Shown: positions 1 through 10,525 of the stretch, one piece after another
How positions within the stretch are numbered: the stretch's first letter is position 1
Layout: each line of letters starts with the position of its first letter
Source of the DNA: Acidobacteriota bacterium
Lineage (GTDB): Bacteria > Acidobacteriota > UBA890 > WLXD01
Direction of reading: 5' to 3'
Assembly (NCBI GenBank): GCA_963666055.2
Contig: CAXWPH010000012.1
Location: 192,001 to 256,000, forward strand
DNA: 64,000 nucleotides
Notes under the pieces: model-generated
Seen by the model: only the letters and a program-made list of their open reading frames with translations
Database searches by the model: none
What the model was told of the DNA's origin: nothing
Translations under genes and position numbers: made by a program

Positions 1-56
1 CCGTAGCCACAGCCAGCGGCCGTGTGAGGCGCTCGTTCTCAACCAGGGAAAGCCTG

Positions 57-1751
57 ATGCAACATGATCGAAGAGCTTTTCTCAGGAACGCGTTCGCCGG
101 CGCGGCAGTAGCGGGAGTGGGCGAGCTCGGTCTCTCGAACTCAAACGTCAGACGAGATCTGGCCTTCCTGCAGGCCGTTGACAGAATCGGTGATCAGGAG
201 CGGAAGGAGCTCATCGCTGAAGCTCGATTCGGTCGAAAGACGCCTGCGCAGAGCCGGACGAGCATGGCGATCACCTCTCATCCGCTTGCCACGCGCGAAG
301 CCGTCAATGTCCTGAAGTCGGGCGGCAACGCCTGCGACGCAGCGCTCTGCGTAGCCATCACGCAGACCGTCATCCAGCCACACCTGGTGGGTGTTACTGG
401 GTATTTGACGTTGACGTACTACGACGCCGCGAGCGGCAAGACGATGTATGTCGATGGCAGTGCCAATGTACCGCTTCGAGCCGAGGAAGCTGACGCCACT
501 CCCGAGAGCTGGGGGGGAGTTGGGGTGCCGGGGTTTTGGGCCGGTTTCGAGGAGTCACTCTCTCGTTTCGGTACGAAGTCGAAGAAAGAGCTCATGGCTC
601 CGGCCATCCGCTACGCTCGCGAGGGGTTCGAGACCCATCCGTTCCTCTGGGGAGAGATCTTCATGGAGGCCGAGAAGATCGGCCGCTCCGATGCTGGGCT
701 GAGGATCTACATGCCCGACAGCGCCATCCCCCGCCCGGGCGAGATGCTCTACCAGCTTGAGGCCGCGGATACGCTCGAACATCTGGTCGAGCGAGGTAAC
801 GAATACTTCTACCGCGGTGATTTCGCCGAGGAGTTCTGCCGTATCTCCCACGAAGCCGGCCGCAACGTCACCCGCCAGGACATGGAGCGCTACGAGGCGA
901 CGACCGAAGAAGCAGCTTCGAGCAACTACCGTGGATTCGAGGTACGCGCGCTGCCGATCGCCTACCGTGACTTCAAGGGCTACGCGCTGCCGGTGATTAC
1001 CGAGACCTTGGATGTTCTGGAGTTGCTAGATATCCCGGCGCAGGGCCCGCCCACGGAATCGCCCGACACCATGTACCAGATGATCCGCAGCCTGACGATC
1101 GTCGAGGGAGACTACCTCAGACAAGGTTCACGCGACCTCGACCCTGACGAGTTGGCGCGCCGGCGCCTCGAGCAACTGAACACTCAGGAAGTAGCGCCAG
1201 ACACGTTTCCCGACTCCCTGCCCGAAGACACCTGCGCCGTGACCGTTGCCGACGGACAAGGGAACGTCGCCTGCATGGTGCACTCGTCCAACCAGGCTCC
1301 TTTCGAGACCGGTCTGTGGGTGAAAGGCGTCAACCTGTGCTCTTTGCGGGTTTATGGTGGCAGTCCGGGCGAGCGGGGGCTCGTGGGCCCCGGCGGCATG
1401 GTCGTCTTCAAGGACGGGGCACCCTTTCTCGCCGGCGGGTCGCCGAGTCGGAGCCTCTCCCAGTGCATGCTCCAGAACGCCGTCAACATCATGGACTTCG
1501 CCATGCCGATCGAGGAATCGGTGAACCGTCCGCGCTACGGGAGCCCGGTCGGCGGCCGCGGCATCACGATCGAGAAGAACTACGACCAACGTGTCCGCGA
1601 GAGCGTGGAGCAGCGGGGTATTGACTTCGACGTCGTCAATCCCTGGAGTCTCTATCACGGCGCCTTCGAAGGAATCCACTTCGAACCGGGCTCAGGCAGG
1701 TTGACCGCCTGCGGCGATCCTCGCCGCTGCAGCAAGGCCGAGGGTCTATAG
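57..1751 (+). CDS. Gamma-glutamyltransferase family protein, Tat-exported
   Basis: RRAFL twin-arginine leader; GGNACDAA, GVPG, YFYRGDFA, N-terminal-nucleophile Thr (DTCAVTVAD), C-terminal DPRR. ATG 57 chosen over GTG 24. Confidence 0.85.
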   Translation: MQHDRRAFLRNAFAGAAVAGVGELGLSNSNVRRDLAFLQAVDRIGDQERKELIAEARFGRKTPAQSRTSMAITSHPLATREAVNVLKSGGNACDAALCVAITQTVIQPHLVGVTGYLTLTYYDAASGKTMYVDGSANVPLRAEEADATPESWGGVGVPGFWAGFEESLSRFGTKSKKELMAPAIRYAREGFETHPFLWGEIFMEAEKIGRSDAGLRIYMPDSAIPRPGEMLYQLEAADTLEHLVERGNEYFYRGDFAEEFCRISHEAGRNVTRQDMERYEATTEEAASSNYRGFEVRALPIAYRDFKGYALPVITETLDVLELLDIPAQGPPTESPDTMYQMIRSLTIVEGDYLRQGSRDLDPDELARRRLEQLNTQEVAPDTFPDSLPEDTCAVTVADGQGNVACMVHSSNQAPFETGLWVKGVNLCSLRVYGGSPGERGLVGPGGMVVFKDGAPFLAGGSPSRSLSQCMLQNAVNIMDFAMPIEESVNRPRYGSPVGGRGITIEKNYDQRVRESVEQRGIDFDVVNPWSLYHGAFEGIHFEPGSGRLTACGDPRRCSKAEGL

Positions 1752-1826
1752 CGGCACTAACGAAACGAACCTGGCTAGGCGCGCCTGCGTTGCGTGACTG
1801 TTGTACGACTTGGAGGCCAGACCGAG

Positions 1827-2675
1827 ATGGGAGTTCTTGAAGGCAAAGTCGCGGTAATCACGGGGTGCGGTCGGGCACGCGGAATGGGCGAGGCGTCGGC
1901 TCTCAAGCTGGCGCAGGAAGGCGCCGCGGTGGTCGTCACCGACATCTGCCACCCCTACGCCGAGGACCTCGGCGAACGCACGCCGGAGGCCAACTCGGTG
2001 CTCGGATCCAAGGCCCATCTCGACGACGTCGTCGAGGCGATCGGTGGCCAAGCCCTGGCCGTGTGCTGTGACGTTACGCGCCGCCACGACGTCGAGAACC
2101 TTGTTCGGGCAACCGTCGAGGCGTTCGGCCGACTCGACATCCTGGTGAACTGCGCCGCCACCACGGTGGGGACCGTGCCATTTCTGGAGATTCCCGAGCC
2201 GGCATGGGACAAGACCTTCGCGGTGAACGCCAAGGGGCCCTTCTATACCATGCGCGCCGCGATACCCGAGATGCGCAAGGTCGGGGGCGGCAGGATCGTC
2301 AACGTCGTGACGTCGTTCACCGGCGGGGCCGGATACGGCGCCTACATCGCCAGCAAGGCCGCGCTGTGGTCGATGACCGAGTCGGTTGCCCAGGAATTCG
2401 CGCCGGAACACATCCTGGTGAACTCGATCACGCCGGGCTGGGTGGCCACTCAGATGGGCGAGCACGAGCTGCAGTGGTACGCGAGCGTAAAAGGAACCTC
2501 GGTCGGGAAAGTCGAACGGCAGATCTCCGAGAGCATCCCCCGCGGGAGGCGCGCCGAGGGACTCGACATTGCCAACCTGATTCTGTTCCTGGTCTCGCCG
2601 CTGAACGACTATATCGTGGGACAGAACATCAAGATCGATGGCGGCTTCGACATGACGCGAGCGATGCAGCTTTGA
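1827..2675 (+). CDS. SDR family NAD(P)-dependent oxidoreductase
   Basis: TGCGRARGMG, LVNCA, YIASK, IDGG motifs; GGAGG before ATG 1827. Confidence 0.9.
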   Translation: MGVLEGKVAVITGCGRARGMGEASALKLAQEGAAVVVTDICHPYAEDLGERTPEANSVLGSKAHLDDVVEAIGGQALAVCCDVTRRHDVENLVRATVEAFGRLDILVNCAATTVGTVPFLEIPEPAWDKTFAVNAKGPFYTMRAAIPEMRKVGGGRIVNVVTSFTGGAGYGAYIASKAALWSMTESVAQEFAPEHILVNSITPGWVATQMGEHELQWYASVKGTSVGKVERQISESIPRGRRAEGLDIANLILFLVSPLNDYIVGQNIKIDGGFDMTRAMQL

Positions 2676-2698
2676 CGTTCACGGGACCCCGGCCGCGT

Positions 2699-4240
2699 CT
2701 ACCGAGGCGGCGTCGATGCCCGTTCGTCGGAACGGAGCGATTTCGTCAACGACACGGCCATCGCCACGCCGGCGAACAAAATCGGAAACGACGCCAGAAG
2801 CGCCGCCAGCCGTATGACCTGCAGGCCGCCGACGAACAACATGAACAGCGGCAACGCACCGAGCACTAGCGCCCAGAACAACCGGTGTACTCGACCCGGG
2901 TTCTCGGCCGCCTCGAGCTCCTGGGTCACCGTCGCGGCGATCGTGTAGGACGCCGAGTCATAGCTCGTGGCGGCAGACACTATGCTCACCACGGCCATGG
3001 TCGCCAGCGCCACGGCGCTTGCCGGGAGCGAGGCCAGGATCTTGGCCGTCGCCACGCTCATGCCCGCTTCGGCGAGGATGTCGCTCACCGGCAGGAGGCC
3101 CTCGAGCTCCAGAAAAAGCGCGTAGTTGCCCAGCACAAAGAAAAAGACCCAGCAGCCGGCGCTGCCCAGGCAGGTCATCCCCAGGATCACCTGGCGAAGC
3201 GTACGGCCACGCGAGATACGGGTCACGAAGGTGCCCACCACCGGCGCGAAGGCGATCCACCAAGCCCAGTAGAAGACGGTCCACGACTCCACGAAACCGG
3301 CATCCCGGACCGGATCCGTCCAAGTGAGCATGCGGACGAAGTTCGCCATCATGAATCCGAGCGTCTCGGTGGACAGCTTGAGGATAAACAACGTCGGCCC
3401 GACGACGAAGATGTAGGTTAGAAGAAGGCCGAACAGCACCACGTTCAGATCACTGAGCCGCTTGATACCCGACTCCAGGCCCAGGTACACGCTGGCACCG
3501 AACAGCGCCACGCAGACCGCCATCGCAAGACCCTCCAAGGCGAACGAGGTGGCGATGCCGAAGAGCTCGGCAACGGTCGCGGCGATCAAGGGGGCAATGA
3601 AGCCCAGCGAAGTGCCGGCGCCGCCGAGGATTCCGAGCACGGCGGCGAGGTTCACCAATCGGCCGAAGAGGCTCCGATGCGCGTCCGGCCCCAGCAGTCC
3701 GTAGCAGGCCGTGCTGGCGCATAGATGCGGTACCCGATTGACATAGAACGGGTAGGCGATCGCCACCGTCGGCAACGCGTAGATACACCACGCGACCACC
3801 CCCCAGTGGAACGGACCATAGGCAGTCGCCCAACTGAGGGCCTCGGCGGAACGAGGCTCTGCGCCGAAGGGCGGGTTGCTGTAATAGGCGACCCATTCCA
3901 CCGCCCCCCACGACAGCAACGCGGCCCCGGTTCCGGCACAAAACAACATACCAGCCCACGAGAATGTCGAGAAATCCGGCTCCTCGTGCTCGGCCCCCAG
4001 ACGCACCGATCCGAAGCGTCCAAACGCTAACCACGCCAAGAAGCCGATCACGCCAACGGCCAACCACTGGTACAGGAAGCCGAAGTTGCTCGTCAGAGCA
4101 TCGTAGAGCTCGGAGACGAAGGCACCCGCCCGCTCCGGCATGAGACCCAGGGGTATGCACGTGGAGCCCACCACCAGCAGCACGACTGCGAGCATGACGC
4201 GGTCGATCTGCGGCGCCGACGCACCGTCGGTGGAGTCCAC
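2699..4240 (-). CDS. BCCT family (betaine/carnitine/choline) transporter
   Basis: SWAGMLFCAG, FHWG, WTVFYWAWW, RISRGRT signatures; ~12 TM helices. Confidence 0.92.
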   Translation of the reverse strand: MDSTDGASAPQIDRVMLAVVLLVVGSTCIPLGLMPERAGAFVSELYDALTSNFGFLYQWLAVGVIGFLAWLAFGRFGSVRLGAEHEEPDFSTFSWAGMLFCAGTGAALLSWGAVEWVAYYSNPPFGAEPRSAEALSWATAYGPFHWGVVAWCIYALPTVAIAYPFYVNRVPHLCASTACYGLLGPDAHRSLFGRLVNLAAVLGILGGAGTSLGFIAPLIAATVAELFGIATSFALEGLAMAVCVALFGASVYLGLESGIKRLSDLNVVLFGLLLTYIFVVGPTLFILKLSTETLGFMMANFVRMLTWTDPVRDAGFVESWTVFYWAWWIAFAPVVGTFVTRISRGRTLRQVILGMTCLGSAGCWVFFFVLGNYALFLELEGLLPVSDILAEAGMSVATAKILASLPASAVALATMAVVSIVSAATSYDSASYTIAATVTQELEAAENPGRVHRLFWALVLGALPLFMLFVGGLQVIRLAALLASFPILFAGVAMAVSLTKSLRSDERASTPPR

Positions 4241-4427
4241 GGTTCGCTCCTTAGAGTCCCAGGTTGACGAAGAGAGACCCCGAAATCAGCACGGCTAGCG
4301 TCACTGACACCGCCACGCTCAGCACGGCATTGAAGAACAGCAGAAATACCTCGAGATTCGGTTGCATGCCCGCTTGCGTCCCCCGTCGTCATGACGTTGA
4401 TTGGCTCTGCACGAGCTCGGAGAATAC

Positions 4428-5435
4428 ATGGCAATAGACGTTGAGATGCAAGAGCCGGGCTTCGGCTCGCACAGCGAGTTCGGCCGGCTGCGCGAGGTGG
4501 TGGTCGGCATCGCCGACGGGCTGACTCTGCCGCCGTTCTCCAAGGATCTCAGTCACTACAACGAGCAACTGCGCGCCGCGCTGGTCAACAATGACGGCAA
4601 GCCGCTCGATATCAGGGCGGCCTTTCCTGAGCGTTGGCAAGCGACCCTCGATCAAATGAACGCCATCGCCGCGACCTATGAGCGATTCGGCATCACGGTG
4701 CATCGCGTGCGCCCCTATACGCCGGAGGAGACCCTCTACCTTGACCACCTGCAACGTGGCCATTCCCAGCTTTATGTCGCCGACCCGGTATTCGTTATCG
4801 GGAAGCACTACATAGAGGTTTCGATCCGGCGCGCCTATCGCCGCAAAGAGGTTTTCCCGCTGCGCGACCTGATCTTGCCGATGATCGAGGACGACCCCGA
4901 CGCCCATTACGTGGCCATGCCACCATCAGGCCCTTGGACACCGCCGCACGAAGGGCCGGGTCCGTTCCTGGAGGGCGGCGACATTCTGATCCACGGCCGG
5001 GATGTCATTGTCGGTGTCGGTGATCTGTGCTCGGACCGCGCGGGTGTCGGCTGGCTCGCCCGCTACATCGGAGGCTTCGATTACCGGGTGCACCGCATGC
5101 CGATCAAGGGCGGGATACTCCATGCGCTGGGCGTCATGTGCCTGCTGCGCGAGGGTCTGGTCATGGCCCATCTGCCAGCCCTCGAGGAGGGGCTACCGGA
5201 GCGACTCAGGGATTGGGAAGTGCTGGAAATCACACGCCAGGAAATGGACGCGCACGCCACCGTCGGCGTCAGCCTCGACGACAGCCATTACATGATCAAC
5301 CCACGATTCAGCCGAATCATGGACATCCTCGACAAGCATGGCATCGAGCCGGTTCCAACCCCATGCGACTCGATCGGCTTCTGGGGCGGCGCCATCCGGT
5401 GCATCACGTTACCGGTGAGACGAGATGCAGCGTGA
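4428..5435 (+). CDS. Amidinotransferase/arginine deiminase (pentein) superfamily protein
   Basis: SEFGRLREVVVG, EGGD, catalytic His (LHAL) and C-terminal GGAIRC. Confidence 0.85.
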   Translation: MAIDVEMQEPGFGSHSEFGRLREVVVGIADGLTLPPFSKDLSHYNEQLRAALVNNDGKPLDIRAAFPERWQATLDQMNAIAATYERFGITVHRVRPYTPEETLYLDHLQRGHSQLYVADPVFVIGKHYIEVSIRRAYRRKEVFPLRDLILPMIEDDPDAHYVAMPPSGPWTPPHEGPGPFLEGGDILIHGRDVIVGVGDLCSDRAGVGWLARYIGGFDYRVHRMPIKGGILHALGVMCLLREGLVMAHLPALEEGLPERLRDWEVLEITRQEMDAHATVGVSLDDSHYMINPRFSRIMDILDKHGIEPVPTPCDSIGFWGGAIRCITLPVRRDAA

Positions 5436-5967
5436 GCACACAGGGTCGGGAGACGAGTTGAGCGAGACGGCTCCCCAGACCATCGACGACCAGCTCGCCG
5501 TTGATATCCTCGCCGCGGTCGAGGCCAGCTTCGAAGCGCAGACCATCTTTACCCAGGACCTGATCCGCCACCCATCGCTGCGCGGCCGGGAGCACACCTG
5601 TCAGGAATTCATCTTCCGGCAACTGGCGGCGCGCGCCACCCCGTTTCTGGCAAACAACCCACCTGAGGTCGAGTTCAACGGCTTCTTCGCCGAAGGTTAT
5701 GTGCTTGAAGAAGACTCCGACGCGGAACAGACGCTGACGCATGCCCATGTCAGAGCCTTCGGAACATCGCTGCAGAGCTTCGTTACGCCCGGCTACCTCG
5801 ACGGCCGCGTGTTCGTGCTCTATGACGATTGTCCGTGCCTCGTCTATGGCCCCTGCTCGGAGAACATCCACGCGTTCGATGAACGCGTCAGCCTGGCGTC
5901 CGTCAAACGGATCACCGGCACGATCGCACTGTTCATCGCCGAGTGGTGTGGCCTCGAGCCGGCTTGA
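5425..5967 (+). pseudogene. ArgE/DapE (M20) family deacylase with large in-frame internal deletion
   Basis: The M20 N-terminus (DLIRHPSLRGREH) joins directly to the C-terminus (YGP..NIHAFDERV). The metal-binding HxD, D and EE motifs are missing. Only 180 aa against ~430 typical. Confidence 0.75.
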
Positions 5968-6134
5968 CAAGCGACAACCCCGCACAACCTTCGCGCGACC
6001 CTGGCGAGCCACCCTCCTTGGATCGAGGGACGCTCTGACGATAGGCTTCAGGACGCGCTGCCGTTGCTGAGGCGGCGTAGGTTGACCGTCATCCGTTTCG
6101 ATGGCGCAGCTCGATCGTCCACGGAGGTAGGACT

Positions 6135-6974
6135 ATGACTCTTTGGGTTGCACCGTTGGCCGGCCTGATCGCCGCGATTCTCGGTCTCGGGCCGGCGCCG
6201 GCCGAGTCGCAGGTTGTCGCAACAACTGACTTGGACTACCGGCTTGACGCGGAGTACGAAGACCACCGAGACCTACTCGACGTCTATATGCCAGATCGTG
6301 CCGATCGTGTTCCGGTCATCGTCTTCTACCACGGTGGAGCCCTCCGCGCCGGGGACAAGAGCCAGGGAAAGGCGCTCGCCGACCGCTTCGTTCCAGCTGG
6401 GATTGGAGTGGTATCGGCCAACTACCGACTTTCCCCCCGAGTGATGCACCCCGCCCATGTCCAAGACGCTGCCGCGGCGTTCGCCTGGGTTGTGGAGAAT
6501 ATCGATCGCTACGGAGGTGATCCAAGCAACGTGTACGTTGCTGGCCATTCGGCTGGTGCCTACCTCGCCGCCCTCCTGGCGCTCGACGCCACCCATCTAG
6601 CCCAACATCATCTGGAGTTGAGCGCGATCCGCGGAACGATTGCAATCAGTCCGTTTCTCTACGTGGAGGAGACTGCTAGAGACCGGCCGAAGGACGTTTG
6701 GGGCGAGGATCCCGCCGCCTGGTCGAACGCGTCAGTCACGCCGCACATTGCCGCCGGAAAAGGGCCCATGCTGTTGATCTACGCCGATCACGACGCCGAA
6801 TGGCGCAGGCGGCAGAACGATAGCTTCGCTGAAGCCATGCGCGCCGTGGGGAGCAACGAGGTAGCCGTGATTGAGGTCCCAGACCGCGACCACCTCAGCC
6901 TCATCTCGAAGTTGAACGCGGAAGACGACCAGATCCGGGAAGCCGTTCACAGGTTCATGCATGATCGGCGCTAG
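6135..6974 (+). CDS. Secreted alpha/beta hydrolase (HSL-like esterase)
   Basis: Signal peptide, HGGA, NYRL, GHSAG, C-terminal His; GGAGG RBS. Confidence 0.9.
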   Translation: MTLWVAPLAGLIAAILGLGPAPAESQVVATTDLDYRLDAEYEDHRDLLDVYMPDRADRVPVIVFYHGGALRAGDKSQGKALADRFVPAGIGVVSANYRLSPRVMHPAHVQDAAAAFAWVVENIDRYGGDPSNVYVAGHSAGAYLAALLALDATHLAQHHLELSAIRGTIAISPFLYVEETARDRPKDVWGEDPAAWSNASVTPHIAAGKGPMLLIYADHDAEWRRRQNDSFAEAMRAVGSNEVAVIEVPDRDHLSLISKLNAEDDQIREAVHRFMHDRR

Positions 6975-6996
6975 CGGGCCGTGGCGAAAATACGCC

Positions 6997-8151
6997 ATGA
7001 ACCGAACCACGCTCACGCTCTTCGCGCTGCTCTCCGCCCTCTCGGCTGATACCTCGAGTGTGGCGCAACAACTCGACCGCACCGCGCGCTTGATGGAGGA
7101 GCTCACCAACGCCCCCGGTCCGTCGGGATTCGAAGGCCCAGTGCGAGAGATCGTCGTGCGCGAGTTCGGGGAGTTGAACGCGGCGATCGAGTACGACGGA
7201 CTCGGCTCCGTCATCGCGACGCTGCCCGGTGCTGCTGAGGGGCCGCGCATCATGGTAACCGCGCACCTGGACGAAGTCGGCCTGATGGTGCAGCACGTGC
7301 GCCCCGACGGCTTCATCAAGTTCAAGACGCTGGGCGGCTGGCTCCGGCAAGCACTTCCGGACCAACGGTGGATGATCGTCGGCGCCAATGGGCCAGTGCT
7401 GGCGATAAGCGGCCTGCGGACGGTCCACGTAACACCGCAGAGCGAACGCAACCAAGTCTGGCCCCTCGAGCAGATCTTTCTCGACGTGGGGGCCGGATCG
7501 GCCGACGAGGTCGCGGCGATGGGAATCCGACCAGGAGATCCAATCGCGCCTTGGAGCCCTTTCGCGATGCTTCCCAACGACCGATACGCGGCCAAGGCCT
7601 GGGATGATCGAGTCGGCCTCGCGGTGATGCTCGAAGCGGCGCGGCGCATTACCGAGCGGAGCATCAGTTTGCCGAACCGGGTTTTCTGGGTGGCGACCGT
7701 GCAAGAAGAGATCGGTCTGCGCGGTGCGCAGACATCGGTGCCGATCGTCGATCCAGACCTTGGCATCTCGATCGAGGCTGGGGTCGCCGCCGACTACCCT
7801 GGAGCGCGGCCGGAGCAGGCACAGGAGCGACTCGGTGACGGTCCCGGCATTTTCCTGCTCGACAGCTCGATGATCCCCAACCAGAAACTGCGCAACTTCT
7901 TCTTTGACGTTGCCGATGAGGAGGGCCTCGACCTTCAAGCGGATGTGCTAACCGGTTACGGGGAAGACGGGGCCGAGATCCAGCGTTACGACACCGGACG
8001 GCCGTCGGTGAACATGACCGTGCCGACCCGTTACCTGCACGCGCATAGCGGCATCATCCAGCGTAGCGATTTCGATCAGGCGGTCGATCTGCTGATCGCC
8101 GTGCTAACCCGGCTCGATGCTACTACGGTGGAGCGGCTCAGCGCTTTCTGA
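6997..8151 (+). CDS. M42 family metallopeptidase with signal peptide
   Basis: GPSGFE, AHLDEVG, AWDDRVG, QEEIGLRGA, RYLH motifs. Confidence 0.9.
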   Translation: MNRTTLTLFALLSALSADTSSVAQQLDRTARLMEELTNAPGPSGFEGPVREIVVREFGELNAAIEYDGLGSVIATLPGAAEGPRIMVTAHLDEVGLMVQHVRPDGFIKFKTLGGWLRQALPDQRWMIVGANGPVLAISGLRTVHVTPQSERNQVWPLEQIFLDVGAGSADEVAAMGIRPGDPIAPWSPFAMLPNDRYAAKAWDDRVGLAVMLEAARRITERSISLPNRVFWVATVQEEIGLRGAQTSVPIVDPDLGISIEAGVAADYPGARPEQAQERLGDGPGIFLLDSSMIPNQKLRNFFFDVADEEGLDLQADVLTGYGEDGAEIQRYDTGRPSVNMTVPTRYLHAHSGIIQRSDFDQAVDLLIAVLTRLDATTVERLSAF

Positions 8152-8226
8152 ACAGCGACCTCTTGTTGATGCATGGATTCGCACGCGCTTTCTAGCAACC
8201 GGCTGATACCAAACAAGGAGAACATC

Positions 8227-8655
8227 ATGATTCGCAAATACGGTCTTGTGGTTGGGGTGGCGGCTCTTGCGTTCGTTGCCGGCATGTCGGTCACCGCGGC
8301 GACCACGGTGGCGGCGCAGAGCAACCAGATCTACGAGCTCCGCATCTACACCACGGCCGAGGGCCGCCTGCCAGCGTTGCTTGAACGTTTCGGGGGAGGC
8401 GAGCTCGAGCTGTTTCACAAGCAAGGCATGACCAGCGTCGGCTATTGGGTGCCGGATGACGCGCCGGGCTCGGACAACACGATGATCTACATGCTCGCGC
8501 ATGACAGTCGCGAAGCTGCGGCGGAGTCGTGGCAAGGATTTTTTGACGATCCCGACTGGGAGAGGATGCGTGAAGCGTCGGTTGCGGACGGACCCATCGT
8601 GACGGATGTCGAGTCGACGTTCATGAACCCGACCGATTTCTCACCCGCCAGGTAG
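8227..8655 (+). CDS. NIPSNAP family protein with signal peptide
   Basis: IYELRIY, GYW, F..DPDW, PTDFSP; AAGGAG RBS. Confidence 0.85.
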   Translation: MIRKYGLVVGVAALAFVAGMSVTAATTVAAQSNQIYELRIYTTAEGRLPALLERFGGGELELFHKQGMTSVGYWVPDDAPGSDNTMIYMLAHDSREAAAESWQGFFDDPDWERMREASVADGPIVTDVESTFMNPTDFSPAR

Positions 8656-8672
8656 CGGGGGCTCGGTGCGGG

Positions 8673-8690
8673 GGCGACCTCCGGGTCGCC
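8673..8690 (+). terminator. GC-rich hairpin after the NIPSNAP gene
   Basis: GGCGACC-TCCG-GGTCGCC about 17 bp after the stop; no U-tract. Confidence 0.35.
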
Positions 8691-8929
8691 GTCCGATGCC
8701 GGCCCAGAAGGGTCTGCCGAAGGCTCTCAACCGATCGGCAAACGGGTTCGAGGTGATTCTCTCGCCGCCGTTATGCTCTGCCAGGGGGGTCGTCTCCGCG
8801 TGCCCAGAGGGCACCGTGATCCGCACGCCGCAAGGTGAGTGGCCGGGTACCCGCTCGGCCGATAGGCTTCAGACGCCACCCACCATGCTGTGAAGGCAAC
8901 TGGACTCGACGACTCTGGGGCTCACCGCC

Positions 8930-10263
8930 ATGAAAGCTCTTTTCTCCTGCACCTCGTTTCGAGGCCGATTGCTCGCCGCCACCCGGCGTGGCGCGGCGCT
9001 GTCCGGCGTCGCCGGGCTGGCGCTGATGACTACGGCAGTGGCAGCCGCCCAGCAGCCGCCGGGCCCGCTGTTGCTGGTGCCCGATAGGGTCTTCGACGGC
9101 GAACGCAGCCACCAGGGCTGGGCGGTGTTGGTGGAGGGCGAGCGGATTGTCCAGGTGGGTCCCGCCGCCGAGCTCGTGACAACCGCCGATGCCAGGGTGG
9201 TGCGGCTCGCGGATGCGACGTTGCTGCCGGGCCTCATCGAGGGGCACTCGCACTTCCTGCTGCACCCATACGACGAGACCTCGTGGACCGATCAGGTGCT
9301 ACGCGAATCGTTGGCCGAACGCACCGCTCGTGCGGTCGTGCACGCCCGCAAGACCCTGCTGGCCGGGGTTACGACGGTGCGCGACCTGGGCACCGAGGGT
9401 GCCGGCTACGCCGATGCCGGGCTCAAGGAAGCAATCGACAAAGGTGTGATACCCGGACCACGCATGCTGGTCGCGACCCAAGCGATCGTCACCACCGGCA
9501 GCTACGGCCCACGTGGCGCCCCCGAGATCCGCTTCCACAAAGGGGCCGAGATCGCCGACGGCCACGACGAGCTGATCCGCGTGGTGCGCGACCAGATCGG
9601 CCGCGGCGCCGACTGGATTAAGGTCTACGCCGACTATCGCTGGGGCCCGGACGGCACGGCGCAGCCGACTTTCACCCAACGCGAGCTAGAGCTCGTCGTC
9701 GAGGTAGCCGAAAGCTCGGGTCGGCGGGTGGTGGCCCACGCCGCTACCGCGGAGGGCATGCGGCGCGCCGCCCTGGCCGGTGTCCGTACCATCGAGCACG
9801 GCGACGGCGGCGATGCCGACACGTTCGCCATCTTGGCTGCCAACGACGTCGCGCTGTGCCCGACGATTGCCGCCGGCGACGCGATCCTGCAGTACAGCGG
9901 CTGGCGAAAGGGAGAAGACCCGGAGCCCGAGCGGGTGCGGAGCAAGCGCGACAGCTTCGCCGCAGCGATGGCCGCCGGTGTGTCCATCTGCTTCGGCGGC
10001 GATGTCGGGGTGTATCCGCACGGCGACAATGTGCGTGAGCTCGAGCTGATGGTGAACTACGGCATGACGCCGAGAGCCGCGCTACGCGCTGCCACCGCCG
10101 GCAACGCCGCCGTCTTCGAGAGCTCGACGAGGATCTCGGCTTCATCCGCGCCGGGATGCTCGCGGATCTCGTCGCAGTACTTGGCGACCCGACGCGCGAC
10201 ATCTCCGCCCTGCGCAACGTGATGCTGGTGATCAAAGGCGGTTCGGTAGTCATCGAGCCATGA
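8930..10263 (+). CDS. Metal-dependent amidohydrolase, frameshifted near 10120
   Basis: PGLIEGHSH, GVTTVRDLG, AHA, EHG, GGD. The conserved C-terminus (LGFIRAGMLADLVAVLGDP..VIKGG) continues in another frame after GAGAG at 10118-10122 and stops at 10263. Confidence 0.85.
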
Positions 10264-10384
10264 GCAAGAGGCGGATCACGTACGTTGGTCCGAGCGGCTC
10301 GTGGGCCAGGGAAGCGTCAACTTTGTAGCTGCGCCTTACTTCAGCCTTGGCGGTCACACGTCGGGCGCGTCAGGAGGAACGCCG

Positions 10385-10469
10385 GTGACACGCGCTCGCC
10401 TGGTTCGACGAGTACCTCTACGGCGCCGACACGCCGGATTTCGTCCACCCGGTTCCACTGAAGGAGTAG
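10385..10469 (+). pseudogene. Possible gene remnant resembling the C-terminus of an S9-type peptidase
   Basis: AGGAGG at 10372 and GTG at 10385, then an out-of-frame LAWFDEYLYGADTPDFVHPVPLKE* fragment. Confidence 0.3.
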
Positions 10470-10525
10470 GCGCTAGTCGCCCCTCGATCTGGGATCGGAG
10501 CTACCGCCGCCGCCGCCGGCGACGC

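Noticed and set aside
10504-10518. Short (CCG)n run; also poly-Gln codons near 48282
   Set aside because: Too short to indicate phase variation in a GC-rich genome.
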